A stretch of 64,000 nt of DNA. It comes from Desulfuromonadales bacterium (lineage in GTDB: Bacteria > Desulfobacterota > Desulfuromonadia > Desulfuromonadales > SZUA-540). Made by a program: the position numbers and the translations under genes. Below are positions 12,324 through 24,400 of this stretch, in pieces. A model generated the notes under the pieces. It was not told the DNA's origin and did not search any database. It saw nothing but the letters and a program-made list of their open reading frames with translations. Location of the stretch: the NCBI GenBank assembly GCA_033549025.1, contig JAWSUS010000006.1:32001-96000 (forward strand), written 5' to 3'. The first letter of the stretch is position 1. Each line of letters starts with the position of its first letter.

Positions 12324-13976
<1,653 letters not shown>

Positions 13977-14807
13977 ATGACCCAAGAAATCGCGATTGGG
14001 AATGTTGTCCTGGGGGGCAACCGCCCCTTGGCCCTCATTGCCGGCCCCTGCGCCATCGAGGACGAGGGGCTCACTCTGCGCATTGCCGAATATCTTCAGA
14101 AACTTTGCGCCGAGCTTGGCATCGGGCTGATTTTCAAGGCTTCCTATGACAAGGCCAACAGGACGTCCGTAACGTCCTTCCGTGGTCCGGGGCTTGAGGA
14201 AGGACTGCGTATCCTCGCGCGTGTTCGTCGCGAATTCGACCTGCCTGTTTTGTCCGATGTCCATGACGTCTCGCAGGTCGCAGCTGCGGCCGAAGTTCTT
14301 GACGTCATTCAGATCCCCGCTTTTCTCAGCCGTCAAACCGACCTTCTGGTGGCGGCCGGCGAGACAGGCAAGGTGGTCAATGTCAAGAAAGGTCAGTTTC
14401 TGGCCCCCTGGGACATGAAAAACGCCGTCGGAAAAATTGAATCGACGGGCAATCGCCAAATCCTGCTGACCGAACGCGGAGCCTCTTTCGGGTATAACAA
14501 CCTGGTTGTCGACATGCGCTCGCTGGTCATTATGCGTGAAATGGGGTATCCCGTCATTTTTGACGCCACCCACGCGGTTCAGCTGCCTGGCGGGGCAGGC
14601 GGTGCTTCCAGCGGACAGCGTCAATATGTCGGGGCCTTGTCCCGTGCCGCGGTCGCTACCGGAATCGACGCGCTCTTCTGGGAGGTTCACGAAGATCCTG
14701 ACCGGGCCCTTTGTGACGGGCCCAATTGCCTGCCGCTGGCCCAACTGAAGCAGTCGCTGCAGGAAGTCATGGCTATTGACCGTGTCGTTAAGGGAGTAGC
14801 GATATGA
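13977..14807 (+). CDS. kdsA: KDO8P synthase
   Basis: [31 protein letters not shown]. Confidence 0.97.
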   Translation: MTQEIAIGNVVLGGNRPLALIAGPCAIEDEGLTLRIAEYLQKLCAELGIGLIFKASYDKANRTSVTSFRGPGLEEGLRILARVRREFDLPVLSDVHDVSQVAAAAEVLDVIQIPAFLSRQTDLLVAAGETGKVVNVKKGQFLAPWDMKNAVGKIESTGNRQILLTERGASFGYNNLVVDMRSLVIMREMGYPVIFDATHAVQLPGGAGGASSGQRQYVGALSRAAVATGIDALFWEVHEDPDRALCDGPNCLPLAQLKQSLQEVMAIDRVVKGVAI

Positions 14808-15775
14808 CCAAAATCCTCGAAACGGCCCAAAGGGTATTGCATACGGAGGCGGACGCGGTTCAACGGCTTGTCGATCGTCTCGACGACCAGTTTGTCAAGG
14901 CGGTTCAGATGATCCTGTCGTGTTCGGGCCGCCTTGTTATCAGCGGCATGGGAAAGTCGGGACTCATCTGTCAAAAAATCGCCTCGACCATGGCCTCCAC
15001 GGGGACTCCCGCGCTCTTTCTGCATCCCGCCGAAGGCATCCATGGAGACCTGGGCATGCTGATGAAGGGGGATGTTGTTCTGGCAGTCTCCAACAGCGGT
15101 GAGACCGAAGAAATTCTGCGCATTCTGCCGGTGATCAAGCGGATGGGGCTGCCTCTCATTGCCATGAGCGGCAATGCCCGCAGTTCGCTGGCTCGCGCCG
15201 GCGATGTTTTTCTCGACATCTCGGTCCGGGAAGAGGCCTGCCCCCTGGGCCTGGCGCCCACGGCCAGTACGACCGCGACCTTGGCCATGGGAGATGCCCT
15301 GGCTGTTGCCCTGCTGATTGAACGGGGTTTCCGGGAAGAGGACTTCGCCCTCTTTCACCCCGGGGGGGCTTTGGGCAAGAAGCTTCTTCTGCGGGTCGAG
15401 GATCTGATGCACACGGGGGATGACATTCCCATGGTCGGCCAAAATACACCCCTGAAGGAAGCCTTGTTCGAAATTACCAGTAAAAAGCTCGGTATTACCG
15501 GGGTGGCGGACGTCCAGGGCGAACTGGCCGGGGTCTTCACCGATGGCGATTTGCGTCGTTCCATTGAAAAGGGGCTGGATGTCCTTAATCAGCCCATCGA
15601 AAACCTGATGAACGCCAATCCGAAGCGCATCCTGAGATCGAACCTGGCCGCCAAGGCGGTGCAGAGGATGGAAGAGTTTTCCATCACCTCCCTGTTCGTA
15701 TTCGAGGACGAAAACAGCCGGGTTCCGGTAGGCATCATTCACCTGCATGATCTGCTAAAATCGGGGGTTGTCTGA
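14804..15775 (+). CDS. kdsD: Arabinose-5-phosphate isomerase (SIS plus CBS pair)
   Basis: [37 protein letters not shown] domains. Confidence 0.95.
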   Translation: MTKILETAQRVLHTEADAVQRLVDRLDDQFVKAVQMILSCSGRLVISGMGKSGLICQKIASTMASTGTPALFLHPAEGIHGDLGMLMKGDVVLAVSNSGETEEILRILPVIKRMGLPLIAMSGNARSSLARAGDVFLDISVREEACPLGLAPTASTTATLAMGDALAVALLIERGFREEDFALFHPGGALGKKLLLRVEDLMHTGDDIPMVGQNTPLKEALFEITSKKLGITGVADVQGELAGVFTDGDLRRSIEKGLDVLNQPIENLMNANPKRILRSNLAAKAVQRMEEFSITSLFVFEDENSRVPVGIIHLHDLLKSGVV

Positions 15776-16290
15776 TGAAGGACAGGCTTGCCAAAATACG
15801 GCTGCTGCTGCTGGATGTGGACGGCATACTCACCGATGGCCGGATTATCTACGATCACGACGGGGTCGAGTCGAAGATGTTTGATGTCAAGGATGGTCAT
15901 GGCCTCAAACTCATCCAGAGAGCCGGAATTCGCGTCGGGATCATAACCGGGCGCTCCTCTGAGGTCGTTGCCCTGCGCGCGCGTGAATTGGGGATCGATA
16001 TCGTTTATCAGGGAGCCAAGGAGAAGATGGTCCCTTACCGGGAGATTCTCGAGAAACTGGGTCTTGAGGACGATGAGGTCGCCTACATGGGGGATGATCT
16101 GGTGGATTTGCCGGTCCTGTCCCGGGTCGGATTCTCCGCGACGGTTGCCGACGCTGTCGAAGATATCAAGCCGTATGTTCACTATGTGGCTCAAAAAAAG
16201 GGGGGCCGTTCTGCTGTCCGGGAAGTGTGCGATCTTCTCCTGAAGGAAAGCGGGAGGTGGCCCGAGGTCACCCGCCGTTATTTTCCCTGA
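15775..16290 (+). CDS. kdsC: KDO8P phosphatase (HAD IIIA)
   Basis: DVDGILTDG, KDGHG, MGDDLVD; operon context. Confidence 0.94.
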   Translation: MKDRLAKIRLLLLDVDGILTDGRIIYDHDGVESKMFDVKDGHGLKLIQRAGIRVGIITGRSSEVVALRARELGIDIVYQGAKEKMVPYREILEKLGLEDDEVAYMGDDLVDLPVLSRVGFSATVADAVEDIKPYVHYVAQKKGGRSAVREVCDLLLKESGRWPEVTRRYFP

Positions 16291-16330
16291 GACTCTATTC
16301 AAATCCCGTGCCAATCGGCGAACATCCCTC

Positions 16331-16360
16331 TTTACAGGGTCGGGACAATGATGCTAGTAT
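16331..16360 (+). promoter_or_regulatory. Putative internal promoter for lptC-lptA-lptB-rpoN
   Basis: TTTACA-N18-TAGTAT with TGn extension, 9 nt before the lptC ATG. Confidence 0.45.
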
Positions 16361-16369
16361 GAGCACACC

Positions 16370-16939
16370 ATGGCCGGAAATGTAAATATTCGCACCATCT
16401 TGGGGTTTGTTATCGTGGCTCTCGTCGTCGCGTTGGCGGTGATGATTGCTCGTAATTTTAAAGGGTTTGAGACAACTGAAATTCTGGATAATCTGCCGGC
16501 CAATGTCGATTTGGCCATGAAGAGAATTCAGTACACGGAAACGCAGGACGGCGTGCCCCAGTGGACTCTTCAGGCCGATTCGGCCACGCACAGTTTCAGT
16601 CAGGGTGCAACGGACATTGAAAATATTCACATGGTTTTTTACGATCAGGGTGAACTTGGCGATGTAACCCTGACCGCTGACCAGGGCAGGTTTTTTTCTG
16701 AGCCCCAGGTGGTTGAGGTTCAGGGAAATGTTGTGGTGAAAAGCCCGGAGGGCTATACCTTTTATACCAATTCCCTCACTTTTACCGCTGAAGACAGGCA
16801 TATTCGAACGGATGATGATGTACGCCTTCTCTCCGGAGCCGCCGACATTAAGGGAAACGGTATGCTTCTGCATGTAGATACCAGGAAAATTACCATTCTT
16901 CGCGCTGTCTCCGCTGTTATCGAAGGGCAGGGGGCTTGA
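16370..16939 (+). CDS. lptC: LPS export protein LptC
   Basis: Single N-terminal TM then beta-rich domain; lies between kdsC and lptA. Confidence 0.88.
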   Translation: MAGNVNIRTILGFVIVALVVALAVMIARNFKGFETTEILDNLPANVDLAMKRIQYTETQDGVPQWTLQADSATHSFSQGATDIENIHMVFYDQGELGDVTLTADQGRFFSEPQVVEVQGNVVVKSPEGYTFYTNSLTFTAEDRHIRTDDDVRLLSGAADIKGNGMLLHVDTRKITILRAVSAVIEGQGA

Positions 16940-16941
16940 CC

Positions 16942-17445
16942 ATGAAAATCTGGGTTGCGTTGTTCATGCTGTTGACCTGCCTGCTGGCGATACCCTGTGG
17001 GATTTTCGCGGAAGAAAATGCCGCTGAAAGTCTCGGTGGTCGCGATGAACCGATCCATGTGGTTTCCGACCAGCTCGAAGCCGACCAGGCAGGGAAAGAG
17101 GTTCGTTTTATCGGGAACGTCGTGGCCCGGCAAGGCGAGGTCGTCATGTACGCTCAAGAGATGCGCCTGGTCTACGATAGCGAAACCCGCGAGGTTGAAA
17201 AGGTCGTCGCCACCGGTGATGTGCGAATCGTGCAGGGCGACAGAGTGGCAACGGGTCAGCAGGGCACTCTCTTTAATGCCGAAAAGAAAATGGTTCTGAC
17301 CGGAAACCCCAAACTGTTTCAGGGTGAAAATTCGGTAAGCGGCGACGAAATCACAGTCTATCTCGAGGAGGAGCGAAGCACCGTGAGCAGTGCCGGGGGC
17401 TCCAGGGTGCAGGCCATCTTTCATCCGAAAGAGGAAAGCCCGTGA
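16942..17445 (+). CDS. lptA: LPS export periplasmic protein LptA
   Basis: Signal peptide; [25 protein letters not shown]; operon context. Confidence 0.9.
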   Translation: MKIWVALFMLLTCLLAIPCGIFAEENAAESLGGRDEPIHVVSDQLEADQAGKEVRFIGNVVARQGEVVMYAQEMRLVYDSETREVEKVVATGDVRIVQGDRVATGQQGTLFNAEKKMVLTGNPKLFQGENSVSGDEITVYLEEERSTVSSAGGSRVQAIFHPKEESP

Positions 17446-18167
17446 GTCACAAGTTGTCAGCTCGGGGACTCAGTAAGGCGTACAAGGGCCGGCAGGTAGT
17501 TCGCGGTGTGGATCTAGCGGTTTCTTCCGGTGAGGTTATCGGCCTCCTCGGGCCCAACGGCGCCGGCAAAACGACCTCCTTTTACATGGTTGTTGGGCTG
17601 ATACGCCCTGATTCCGGACGGGTTTTCCTCGATGACCTTGAGTTGACGGATTTTCCCATGTTTCAGCGCGCGAGGGCCGGTATTTCGTATCTCCCTCAGG
17701 AAGCTTCGGTTTTTCGTAAACTGACCGTGGCCCAGAATTTACTGGCTATTCTGGAAACCCTCAACATCCCTGCGGCCGAATGCAGGGCCCGGAAAGATCG
17801 TCTCCTGGAGGAATTCCGTCTCAGCCACGTAGCCGATACCTATGGATATGCACTGTCCGGTGGCGAAAGAAGGCGCCTTGAAATCGCCAGGGCCCTGGTT
17901 ATTGAACCATCTTTCATCCTGTTGGATGAGCCTTTTGCCGGAATTGACCCCATTGCCGTCATGGATATTCAGAACATTATCTCTGATTTGAAGGCCCGTG
18001 GTATCGGCGTTCTTATTTCGGATCATAACGTACGTGAAACCCTGGGTGTTTGTGACAGTGCCTACATCCTTAACGAAGGGGGAATCCTGGAACATGGAAC
18101 CCCCGCTGAAATTGCCGGGAGTGAAAAAGCTCGGGCGATCTATCTTGGGGATAAGTTTAAACTTTAA
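17442..18167 (+). CDS. lptB: LPS export ABC ATPase LptB
   Basis: [37 protein letters not shown]. Confidence 0.97.
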   Translation: MSHKLSARGLSKAYKGRQVVRGVDLAVSSGEVIGLLGPNGAGKTTSFYMVVGLIRPDSGRVFLDDLELTDFPMFQRARAGISYLPQEASVFRKLTVAQNLLAILETLNIPAAECRARKDRLLEEFRLSHVADTYGYALSGGERRRLEIARALVIEPSFILLDEPFAGIDPIAVMDIQNIISDLKARGIGVLISDHNVRETLGVCDSAYILNEGGILEHGTPAEIAGSEKARAIYLGDKFKL

Positions 18168-18220
18168 CGGCCCCCTTGGACCTGGCGAAGAAAGGGTCCA
18201 GACTTCTCTTCGGGAGTGAC

Positions 18221-19672
18221 ATGGCTTTAGAGATTCGGCAACAGCTTAAACTGAGTCAGCAACTGGTCATGACGCCGCAACTGCAGCAGGCGATCAAGCT
18301 TCTTCAGCTTTCGCGCATGGAGCTTGTTGACATGGTGCAGCAGGAACTCGAGGAAAATCCGCTTCTTGAGGAGGGGGTCGAGTCCGTCGATGAGATCGAG
18401 AAAAACCCGGATTCTCGCGATGAGGCGGAGATGGTGCAGGCCTCCTCCGAAGAGGTGAAAGAGGTCAAGGGAGAATCGGAAGGCCTCGGAGATATCGACT
18501 GGCAAACCTACCTCGAAGGATACAGCCTTGGCGGATCTACCGCCGACTACTACGAGGAAGACGATGATCGCCCCTCCTACGAAAATCTTATCACCAAAAA
18601 GGGGACCCTCACGGATCATCTGCTGTGGCAATTGAACCTGTCCCCTTTTGACGAAAGGGAGCGCCAGATTGCCGAAGAGATTATCGGCAACCTGAATGAG
18701 GACGGCTATCTGATCGCGTCTTTGGAGGAAATTGCCGAGCAGGTGCACGCTGAAATTCCAGACATAGAGTCTGTTCTCAAGAAAGTGCAGGATTTTGATC
18801 CCGTCGGCGTGGCCAGCCGCAATCTTCAGGAATGCCTTCTGAAGCAGGTGGAACAGCTTGAACTGGATAATTCCACCGTTGTGGCTATCCTGGAAAACCA
18901 CATAGGGGACCTGGAATCCCGCAAGTATCCCGCTATTGCCAAAGCTCTTGGTGTCACTCTGGATGAGGTTCTCGGTGCCGCCAAGGTTATTTCTCATCTT
19001 GACCCCCGTCCCGGCAGACCCTACTGGCAGGAAGACTCCCACTATATCGTGCCGGACGTCAGCGTATACAAAATCGGGGACGAATATGTTGTCGTTCTCA
19101 ACGACGAAGGACTGCCCAATCTTCGGATCAACTCCTTCTATCGCAGTGCGCTTTCAGGCGGTTCCGATATTGACGCGAAGGCCGGTGAGTACATTCAGGA
19201 AAAAATGCGCGGAGCCATGTGGCTGATCAAGAGCATTCATCAGCGGCAGCGGACCATCTACAAGGTGACCAAATCCATTGTGAAGTTCCAGCGCGATTTC
19301 TTCGACTGGGGCATCGAACATCTCAAGCCTCTCGTTCTCCGTGATGTCGCGGAAGATATCGAAATGCATGAATCGACTATCAGCCGGGTAACAACGAACA
19401 AATATGTCCAGACCCCGCAAGGGCTATTTGAGTTGAAATATTTCTTCAACAGTGGAATCAGCACAACGCAGGGAGAAACCATCGCCTCTGAAAGCGTCAA
19501 AAGCAAAATCAAGGAAATCATCAGCGGCGAAAACGTGAAAAAACCTTATTCTGATCAGAAACTGGTTGAGCTTTTGCGCGGCCATGGAATCGATATTGCT
19601 CGACGGACAGTAACCAAATATAGAGAAATGCTGGGGATTGGCTCATCCACCGAACGTAAGCGTCACTTTTGA
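18221..19672 (+). CDS. rpoN: RNA polymerase sigma-54 factor
   Basis: Q-rich region I (MTPQLQQAIKLLQL), HESTISRV, RpoN box ARRTVTKYRE. Confidence 0.98.
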   Translation: MALEIRQQLKLSQQLVMTPQLQQAIKLLQLSRMELVDMVQQELEENPLLEEGVESVDEIEKNPDSRDEAEMVQASSEEVKEVKGESEGLGDIDWQTYLEGYSLGGSTADYYEEDDDRPSYENLITKKGTLTDHLLWQLNLSPFDERERQIAEEIIGNLNEDGYLIASLEEIAEQVHAEIPDIESVLKKVQDFDPVGVASRNLQECLLKQVEQLELDNSTVVAILENHIGDLESRKYPAIAKALGVTLDEVLGAAKVISHLDPRPGRPYWQEDSHYIVPDVSVYKIGDEYVVVLNDEGLPNLRINSFYRSALSGGSDIDAKAGEYIQEKMRGAMWLIKSIHQRQRTIYKVTKSIVKFQRDFFDWGIEHLKPLVLRDVAEDIEMHESTISRVTTNKYVQTPQGLFELKYFFNSGISTTQGETIASESVKSKIKEIISGENVKKPYSDQKLVELLRGHGIDIARRTVTKYREMLGIGSSTERKRHF

Positions 19673-19763
19673 TGGGCCTCGGCGTGGCCATCCCCGTAAT
19701 CGGGGTTATAATTCAATAAGAAACGACTTGATCCCTCAGGGATATTTTCAACAGGAGGTATTT

Positions 19764-20312
19764 ATGCAGATTGCCGTAACATTCAGACATATGGAAACCA
19801 GCGATCCCGTTCGCACCTACGTGGAAGAAAAACTTGACCGCGTCAAAAAGTATATCGATGAGCCCATCGATGCACAGGTGGTCATTTCCGTCGAAAAGAA
19901 AATCAGGCATCGTGCCGAAGTCAATCTCGTAGCCAAGGGGATCACCATCAAGGGGTCGGAAGAGACCAACGACATGTATGCGGCCATTGACGCCGTGGTG
20001 GATAAAATCGAGCGTCAATTGAAGCGCTACAAGGAAAAACTCAAAAAACACAAGCCGCTTTCCGGGCGTGAAAGACAGGTGCAGAAAACGGTACTCGCCG
20101 CTGAAAGTATCGATGAGGGGGCTGAACAGCCCGTCATCGTGCGTACCAATCGCTTTTCGGTGAAGCCGATGTCCGTCGAAGAGGCCGTCATGCAGATGGA
20201 TCTTCTGCACAAGGAATTCCTCGTTTTCACTGATGACAAGACCGAGGAGATCAACGTGGTGTATCGCCGCAAGGATGGCAATTACGGCCTGATCGCACCC
20301 GAAAGCAAGTAA
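19764..20312 (+). CDS. hpf: Long-form ribosome hibernation promoting factor
   Basis: DMYAAID..KIERQL..YKEK plus C-terminal PMSVEEAVMQM..VVYRRKDGNYG; AGGAGG SD. Confidence 0.95.
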   Translation: MQIAVTFRHMETSDPVRTYVEEKLDRVKKYIDEPIDAQVVISVEKKIRHRAEVNLVAKGITIKGSEETNDMYAAIDAVVDKIERQLKRYKEKLKKHKPLSGRERQVQKTVLAAESIDEGAEQPVIVRTNRFSVKPMSVEEAVMQMDLLHKEFLVFTDDKTEEINVVYRRKDGNYGLIAPESK

Positions 20313-20330
20313 AAAGTAAAACAATTGCGA

Positions 20331-20361
20331 TGGGGGGAAGGATAGTGTATCCTTCCCCCCA
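20331..20361 (+). other. Perfect 14-bp hairpin without U-tract between hpf and ptsN
   Basis: TGGGGGGAAGGATA-GTG-TATCCTTCCCCCCA. Confidence 0.8.
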
Positions 20362-20399
20362 CTGATTTGAGCGAACCCTGAAAGGCTGCTTGAAGAAAC

Positions 20400-20861
20400 A
20401 TGAAGATTGCTGATTTCTTAAACGCTTCCGCTATAGCGGATGACCTGAAGGCCAGGGGCAAGAACGATGTTCTTGCCGAGTTGACGGACACCATCGTCCA
20501 TGCCGACAAGAGCCTTGATCGCGACGAAGTGATGCGAGTGCTCCAGGAGCGGGAAAAACTGGGAAGCACCGGGATCGGTGATGGGGTTGCTATCCCTCAC
20601 GGGAAACTCAAAAACATCAGCAATCTTTTGATTTCTTTTGGACGAAGTCGTGATGGGGTCGATTTTGACTCCATGGACGGCAAGCCGGCTCACCTCTTCT
20701 TTCTCCTGATTGCGCCGGAAGAATCGGTCGGCATTCACCTGAAAACCCTCGCCCGCATTTCCAAGCTGTTGAAAAACCCCGCAGTGCGGCAGAGGCTCCT
20801 CCAGGCCGAGAACGCAGGCGACATCTATTCCATTATCCTTGAAGAGGAAGAAAAGCTGTAA
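20400..20861 (+). CDS. ptsN: PTS EIIA-Ntr-like protein
   Basis: REKLGSTGIGDGVAIPHG; rpoN-hpf context. Confidence 0.92.
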   Translation: MKIADFLNASAIADDLKARGKNDVLAELTDTIVHADKSLDRDEVMRVLQEREKLGSTGIGDGVAIPHGKLKNISNLLISFGRSRDGVDFDSMDGKPAHLFFLLIAPEESVGIHLKTLARISKLLKNPAVRQRLLQAENAGDIYSIILEEEEKL

Positions 20862-20936
20862 AACAAACTCCACTCAGGTTTCTTTCAGATTGTTCGGTCA
20901 TTTCTCCATCGACTTCTTTCGTATAGGGAAAATCCC

Positions 20937-21911
20937 ATGCCAGGTCTGAGCATCCAGGAATTATTGAGTGAAAAAGAGGCTGGACTAGACCTGGAGCTGC
21001 TCGCGGGTGAAAAGGGACTGAGCAACCTGGTCACCGTGCCCCGCATCCAGAAACCAGGACTGGCGCTGGCCGGATATATCACCAATCTCCATCCTGACCG
21101 CATTCAGGTTCTGGGGTCCACCGAACTCAGCTATCTTGACCATCTCCCCCCCGATACAGCCGCCTCCAACTTGCGACAACTGATCGCGCTGGACAACTCC
21201 TGCTTTATTATTACGAAGGGGCAGGATGCTCCCGAAATGCTCATCCGGGAGACGGAAAAACAAGGCACGCCCCTTTTACGAACCCACCATCAAAGCTCCA
21301 CCTTTATTTCTCTTATTACCAAATTTCTCGAAGAACGCCTGTTGCCCGCAACAACCGTTCACGGTGTTCTTGTCGAAGTGGCCGGGGTTGGCGTCCTTAT
21401 CCTGGGTAAAAGCGGCATGGGAAAAAGTGAATGTGCCCTTGACCTGGTTTTGCGAGGGCATCGACTTGTGGCCGATGACGTTGTCAAGGTTCGGTTGAAG
21501 CTTCCCGCTGTTCTTTTTGGCGAGGGAAGCGACCTGCTGCACTATCATATGGAAATACGCGGTCTGGGTATCATCAACATCAAGCACCTTTTTGGGGTGG
21601 CGGCAATCCGTGAACGAAAAAAAATAGATCTCGCTGTGGAACTGGTGGAGTGGGAGGAAGGGCGGGAATATGATCGACTCGGACTGGAAGAGCAAACCTA
21701 CAGCCTTCTGGGTGTTGAAATTCCCCTTCTCAAAATCCCTGTGCGTCCCGGTCGGAACATGACCTCCATTGTCGAAGTGGCCGCGCGCAACCAGATACTC
21801 AAGGAAATGGGATATCACAGTGCCATCGAATTTCAGGACCGCCTGGAAAAGCGCATGGCAGAGATGGCCCGCCTTCACGCTCATACCATCATAGGGGACA
21901 ATCTGGAGTAA
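20937..21911 (+). CDS. hprK: HPr kinase/phosphorylase
   Basis: HGVLV, GKSGMGKSECALDL, LVADD, EIRGLGII, PGRN. Confidence 0.97.
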   Translation: MPGLSIQELLSEKEAGLDLELLAGEKGLSNLVTVPRIQKPGLALAGYITNLHPDRIQVLGSTELSYLDHLPPDTAASNLRQLIALDNSCFIITKGQDAPEMLIRETEKQGTPLLRTHHQSSTFISLITKFLEERLLPATTVHGVLVEVAGVGVLILGKSGMGKSECALDLVLRGHRLVADDVVKVRLKLPAVLFGEGSDLLHYHMEIRGLGIINIKHLFGVAAIRERKKIDLAVELVEWEEGREYDRLGLEEQTYSLLGVEIPLLKIPVRPGRNMTSIVEVAARNQILKEMGYHSAIEFQDRLEKRMAEMARLHAHTIIGDNLE

Positions 21912-21917
21912 TTCTGC

Positions 21918-22775
21918 ATGCGCCTGATCATTATCACGGGGATGTCCGGTTCTGGGAAAAGCACCGCTGCCCGTGCCCTTGAAGATGACGGTTTTTTTGT
22001 CATAGACAACCTTCCGCCGGTGATGCTGCCCACATTTCTTGAGGTGACCCAGGAACAGAGGACTGACGCTCAAGATATTGCTGTGGTCATGGATGTTCGC
22101 AGCCGCAGTTTTCTGCATGGCTGTGAGAGAGTTCTGGTCTCAATGGCGCAGCAGGGGCATGAAGTTGAAATCCTCTTTTTTGAGGCGACGGATGAAATGC
22201 TCGTTCGGCGGTACTCGGAAACCCGTCGCCGGCATCCCATGTCTCTTAACGGAGGGGTCCAGGAGGGCATTCTGCGCGAACGAATGCTTTTGGACCCTCT
22301 GCGAAAATTGAGCACCACCCTCATCGATACGACCCAACTGAGTCCTCATCAGTTGCGCGACAAGGTCATCAATGCGGTCTGTGGTCATGAGGGCAGTACT
22401 CCTTTGGCCGTATGTCTGCAGTCCTTTGGCTTTCGCTACGGTATCCCGCCGGGCTCCGATCTGGTTATCGATGTCCGCTTTCTGCCGAATCCTCATTTTG
22501 TCAAAGATTTGCGGCCATTTACCGGCAAGGATGCCGCCGTGCAGGAGTTCGTGTTGAATCAACCGGTCTGCCAGGAGTTTCTCGAGCGTTTTAAGGGGTT
22601 GCTCGAATTTCTGCTGCCGCAGTATCGTTCCGAAGGTAAAAGCTACCTGACCCTGTCCATTGGCTGTACGGGGGGGCGGCATCGCAGTGTGACGCTTGTT
22701 GAAGCACTACGGTCTGTTTTTGATATCGAAGGAATTTCACTCGAAGTTGTTCATCGGGATATAGCGAAAGGATAG
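21918..22775 (+). CDS. rapZ: RNase adapter RapZ/YvcJ family
   Basis: GMSGSGKS, DNLP, RRYSETRRRHP, SFGFRYG, GCTGGRHRSV. Confidence 0.96.
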   Translation: MRLIIITGMSGSGKSTAARALEDDGFFVIDNLPPVMLPTFLEVTQEQRTDAQDIAVVMDVRSRSFLHGCERVLVSMAQQGHEVEILFFEATDEMLVRRYSETRRRHPMSLNGGVQEGILRERMLLDPLRKLSTTLIDTTQLSPHQLRDKVINAVCGHEGSTPLAVCLQSFGFRYGIPPGSDLVIDVRFLPNPHFVKDLRPFTGKDAAVQEFVLNQPVCQEFLERFKGLLEFLLPQYRSEGKSYLTLSIGCTGGRHRSVTLVEALRSVFDIEGISLEVVHRDIAKG

Positions 22776-22778
22776 CTC

Positions 22779-23177
22779 ATGGTCGGTCTGGTTATCGCGA
22801 CCCATTCCAATCTGGCCGAAGAATTCATCCGGGCGGCGGAAATGATCATCGGGCCGGTCAAAAACGTCAGGGCCATCTGTATCCGGCAGGAAGACAGTGT
22901 CGAGACGATCCGGGAGCGCATCGACCAGGGCATCGAAGCGGTGGGAGGCGATGGTGATGGCGTTCTGGTTATGACCGACATGTTTGGTGGGACTCCGGCC
23001 AATATTGCGATCTCCTTTCTTGAAAAGGACAGAGTCGATGTTCTGACCGGCGTTAATCTGCCCATGATCATCAAATTGCTCAACAGCCAGGAATCCGTTT
23101 CCTTTCATGAATTGGGTGCCATGCTTAGGGCCTATGGCCAGCAGAGTATTTATCTGGCCAGCGATATGCTTTCCTGA
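22779..23177 (+). CDS. Mannose-family PTS EIIA
   Basis: IATHSNLA (phospho-His), DMFGGTPAN, GVNLPM. Confidence 0.93.
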   Translation: MVGLVIATHSNLAEEFIRAAEMIIGPVKNVRAICIRQEDSVETIRERIDQGIEAVGGDGDGVLVMTDMFGGTPANIAISFLEKDRVDVLTGVNLPMIIKLLNSQESVSFHELGAMLRAYGQQSIYLASDMLS

Positions 23178-23205
23178 GGTACGATTTCTCGGAGAATCCT
23201 GTTTT

Positions 23206-23694
23206 ATGAGCATTGTATTGGCTCGCATTGATAACCGTTTGATTCACGGTCAAGTTCTCGAATCCTGGGTGCCCGCCACGCGGGCTGATTGCATCGTCGT
23301 GGCCAGCGATTCACTGCCCGAGCAGCCTTTTCAGAAGATGCTGATGAAAGCGGCTGTGCCCAAAAATATTCGCGTTGAAATCGAAACCGTCGACGCCGCC
23401 GTTCAATTGCTGGCTTCGGACGACCTGACCGGCAAGCGGGTGATGATCCTTTTTGCCAACTCAGCGGACAGTCGCCACGCGCATGAACTGGGGATGGTGT
23501 TTTCGGAGCTCAATCTTGGGAATATGCACGGCGGCACCGGCAAGTTTCGAGTCAGCTGTACGCTGGCCCTCAATGATGAAGATGTGGAGAACCTTCGTTC
23601 TCTGGAAAAGGACGGAATCGATATCGTTTCCCAGTGCTTTCCGTCGGACAGAAAACAGAGATGGGATAAGCTGATCAAGGCTCCCATAAAATAA
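23206..23694 (+). CDS. Mannose-family PTS EIIB
   Basis: RIDNRLIHGQV (phospho-His), LNLGNMH; start at MSIVLARID. Confidence 0.93.
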   Translation: MSIVLARIDNRLIHGQVLESWVPATRADCIVVASDSLPEQPFQKMLMKAAVPKNIRVEIETVDAAVQLLASDDLTGKRVMILFANSADSRHAHELGMVFSELNLGNMHGGTGKFRVSCTLALNDEDVENLRSLEKDGIDIVSQCFPSDRKQRWDKLIKAPIK

Positions 23695-23695
23695 T

Positions 23696-24388
23696 ATGCC
23701 TATCGATAAAATTTTCCTTGCCAGTCTTGTGGCCATCTTTGCCGGAATCGATAGGACGGCCATGTGGCAGTTCATGCTTTCTCGCCCCATCGTCGCCGCG
23801 CCGCTGACAGGTGTTCTGCTTGGCGACCCCGAAGCGGGTTTGCTTGTGGGGATGCTGGTCGAACTGCTTTGGCTGGGGCGCCTTCCCGTGGGGGCAGCCA
23901 TCCCGCCGGACGATACCCAGGTGGCCGTGGCCGCCGTCGCCCTGACCGCCATATTGGGCCCCCTGCAAGGGTATGAGGGGCCGGCATTGGCCATACTGGC
24001 GACCATCGTCACGCTACCCCTCGGCAAGGTCGGGCAGCTTTTCGACAGGGCGGCACGTCATGGCAACGGACGCCTTTTAACAAAGGCGGAAGAAGCCGTG
24101 GCCGAGGGAAGAGTGGACCAGATTGAAGGATTTCACCTCAGGGGGCTGGGAAACTTCGCCTTGGCTGCTCTTGCCACCTTTGTTGTCCTCTTTGTTTCGG
24201 GGACGGTCCTTATGACCTGGCTTGGTCCATTGGTCTTTCCACTGATTGACCAATCGATCACCTGGTGGATTGTCGCCTTCCCCTGTATCGGGGCGGGCGC
24301 TATCATCGGCACCATCAATGTGACGCGCAAAGCCACTTTGTTTACGGCCTCTTTTGCCACGGTATTCCTTACTCTCTGGCTACTTTAA
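23696..24388 (+). CDS. Mannose-family PTS EIIC
   Basis: SRPIVAAPLTG.LLGD, ELLWLG..PVGAAIPPD; polytopic membrane protein. Confidence 0.9.
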   Translation: MPIDKIFLASLVAIFAGIDRTAMWQFMLSRPIVAAPLTGVLLGDPEAGLLVGMLVELLWLGRLPVGAAIPPDDTQVAVAAVALTAILGPLQGYEGPALAILATIVTLPLGKVGQLFDRAARHGNGRLLTKAEEAVAEGRVDQIEGFHLRGLGNFALAALATFVVLFVSGTVLMTWLGPLVFPLIDQSITWWIVAFPCIGAGAIIGTINVTRKATLFTASFATVFLTLWLL

Positions 24389-24400
24389 CGGATCAACGGC

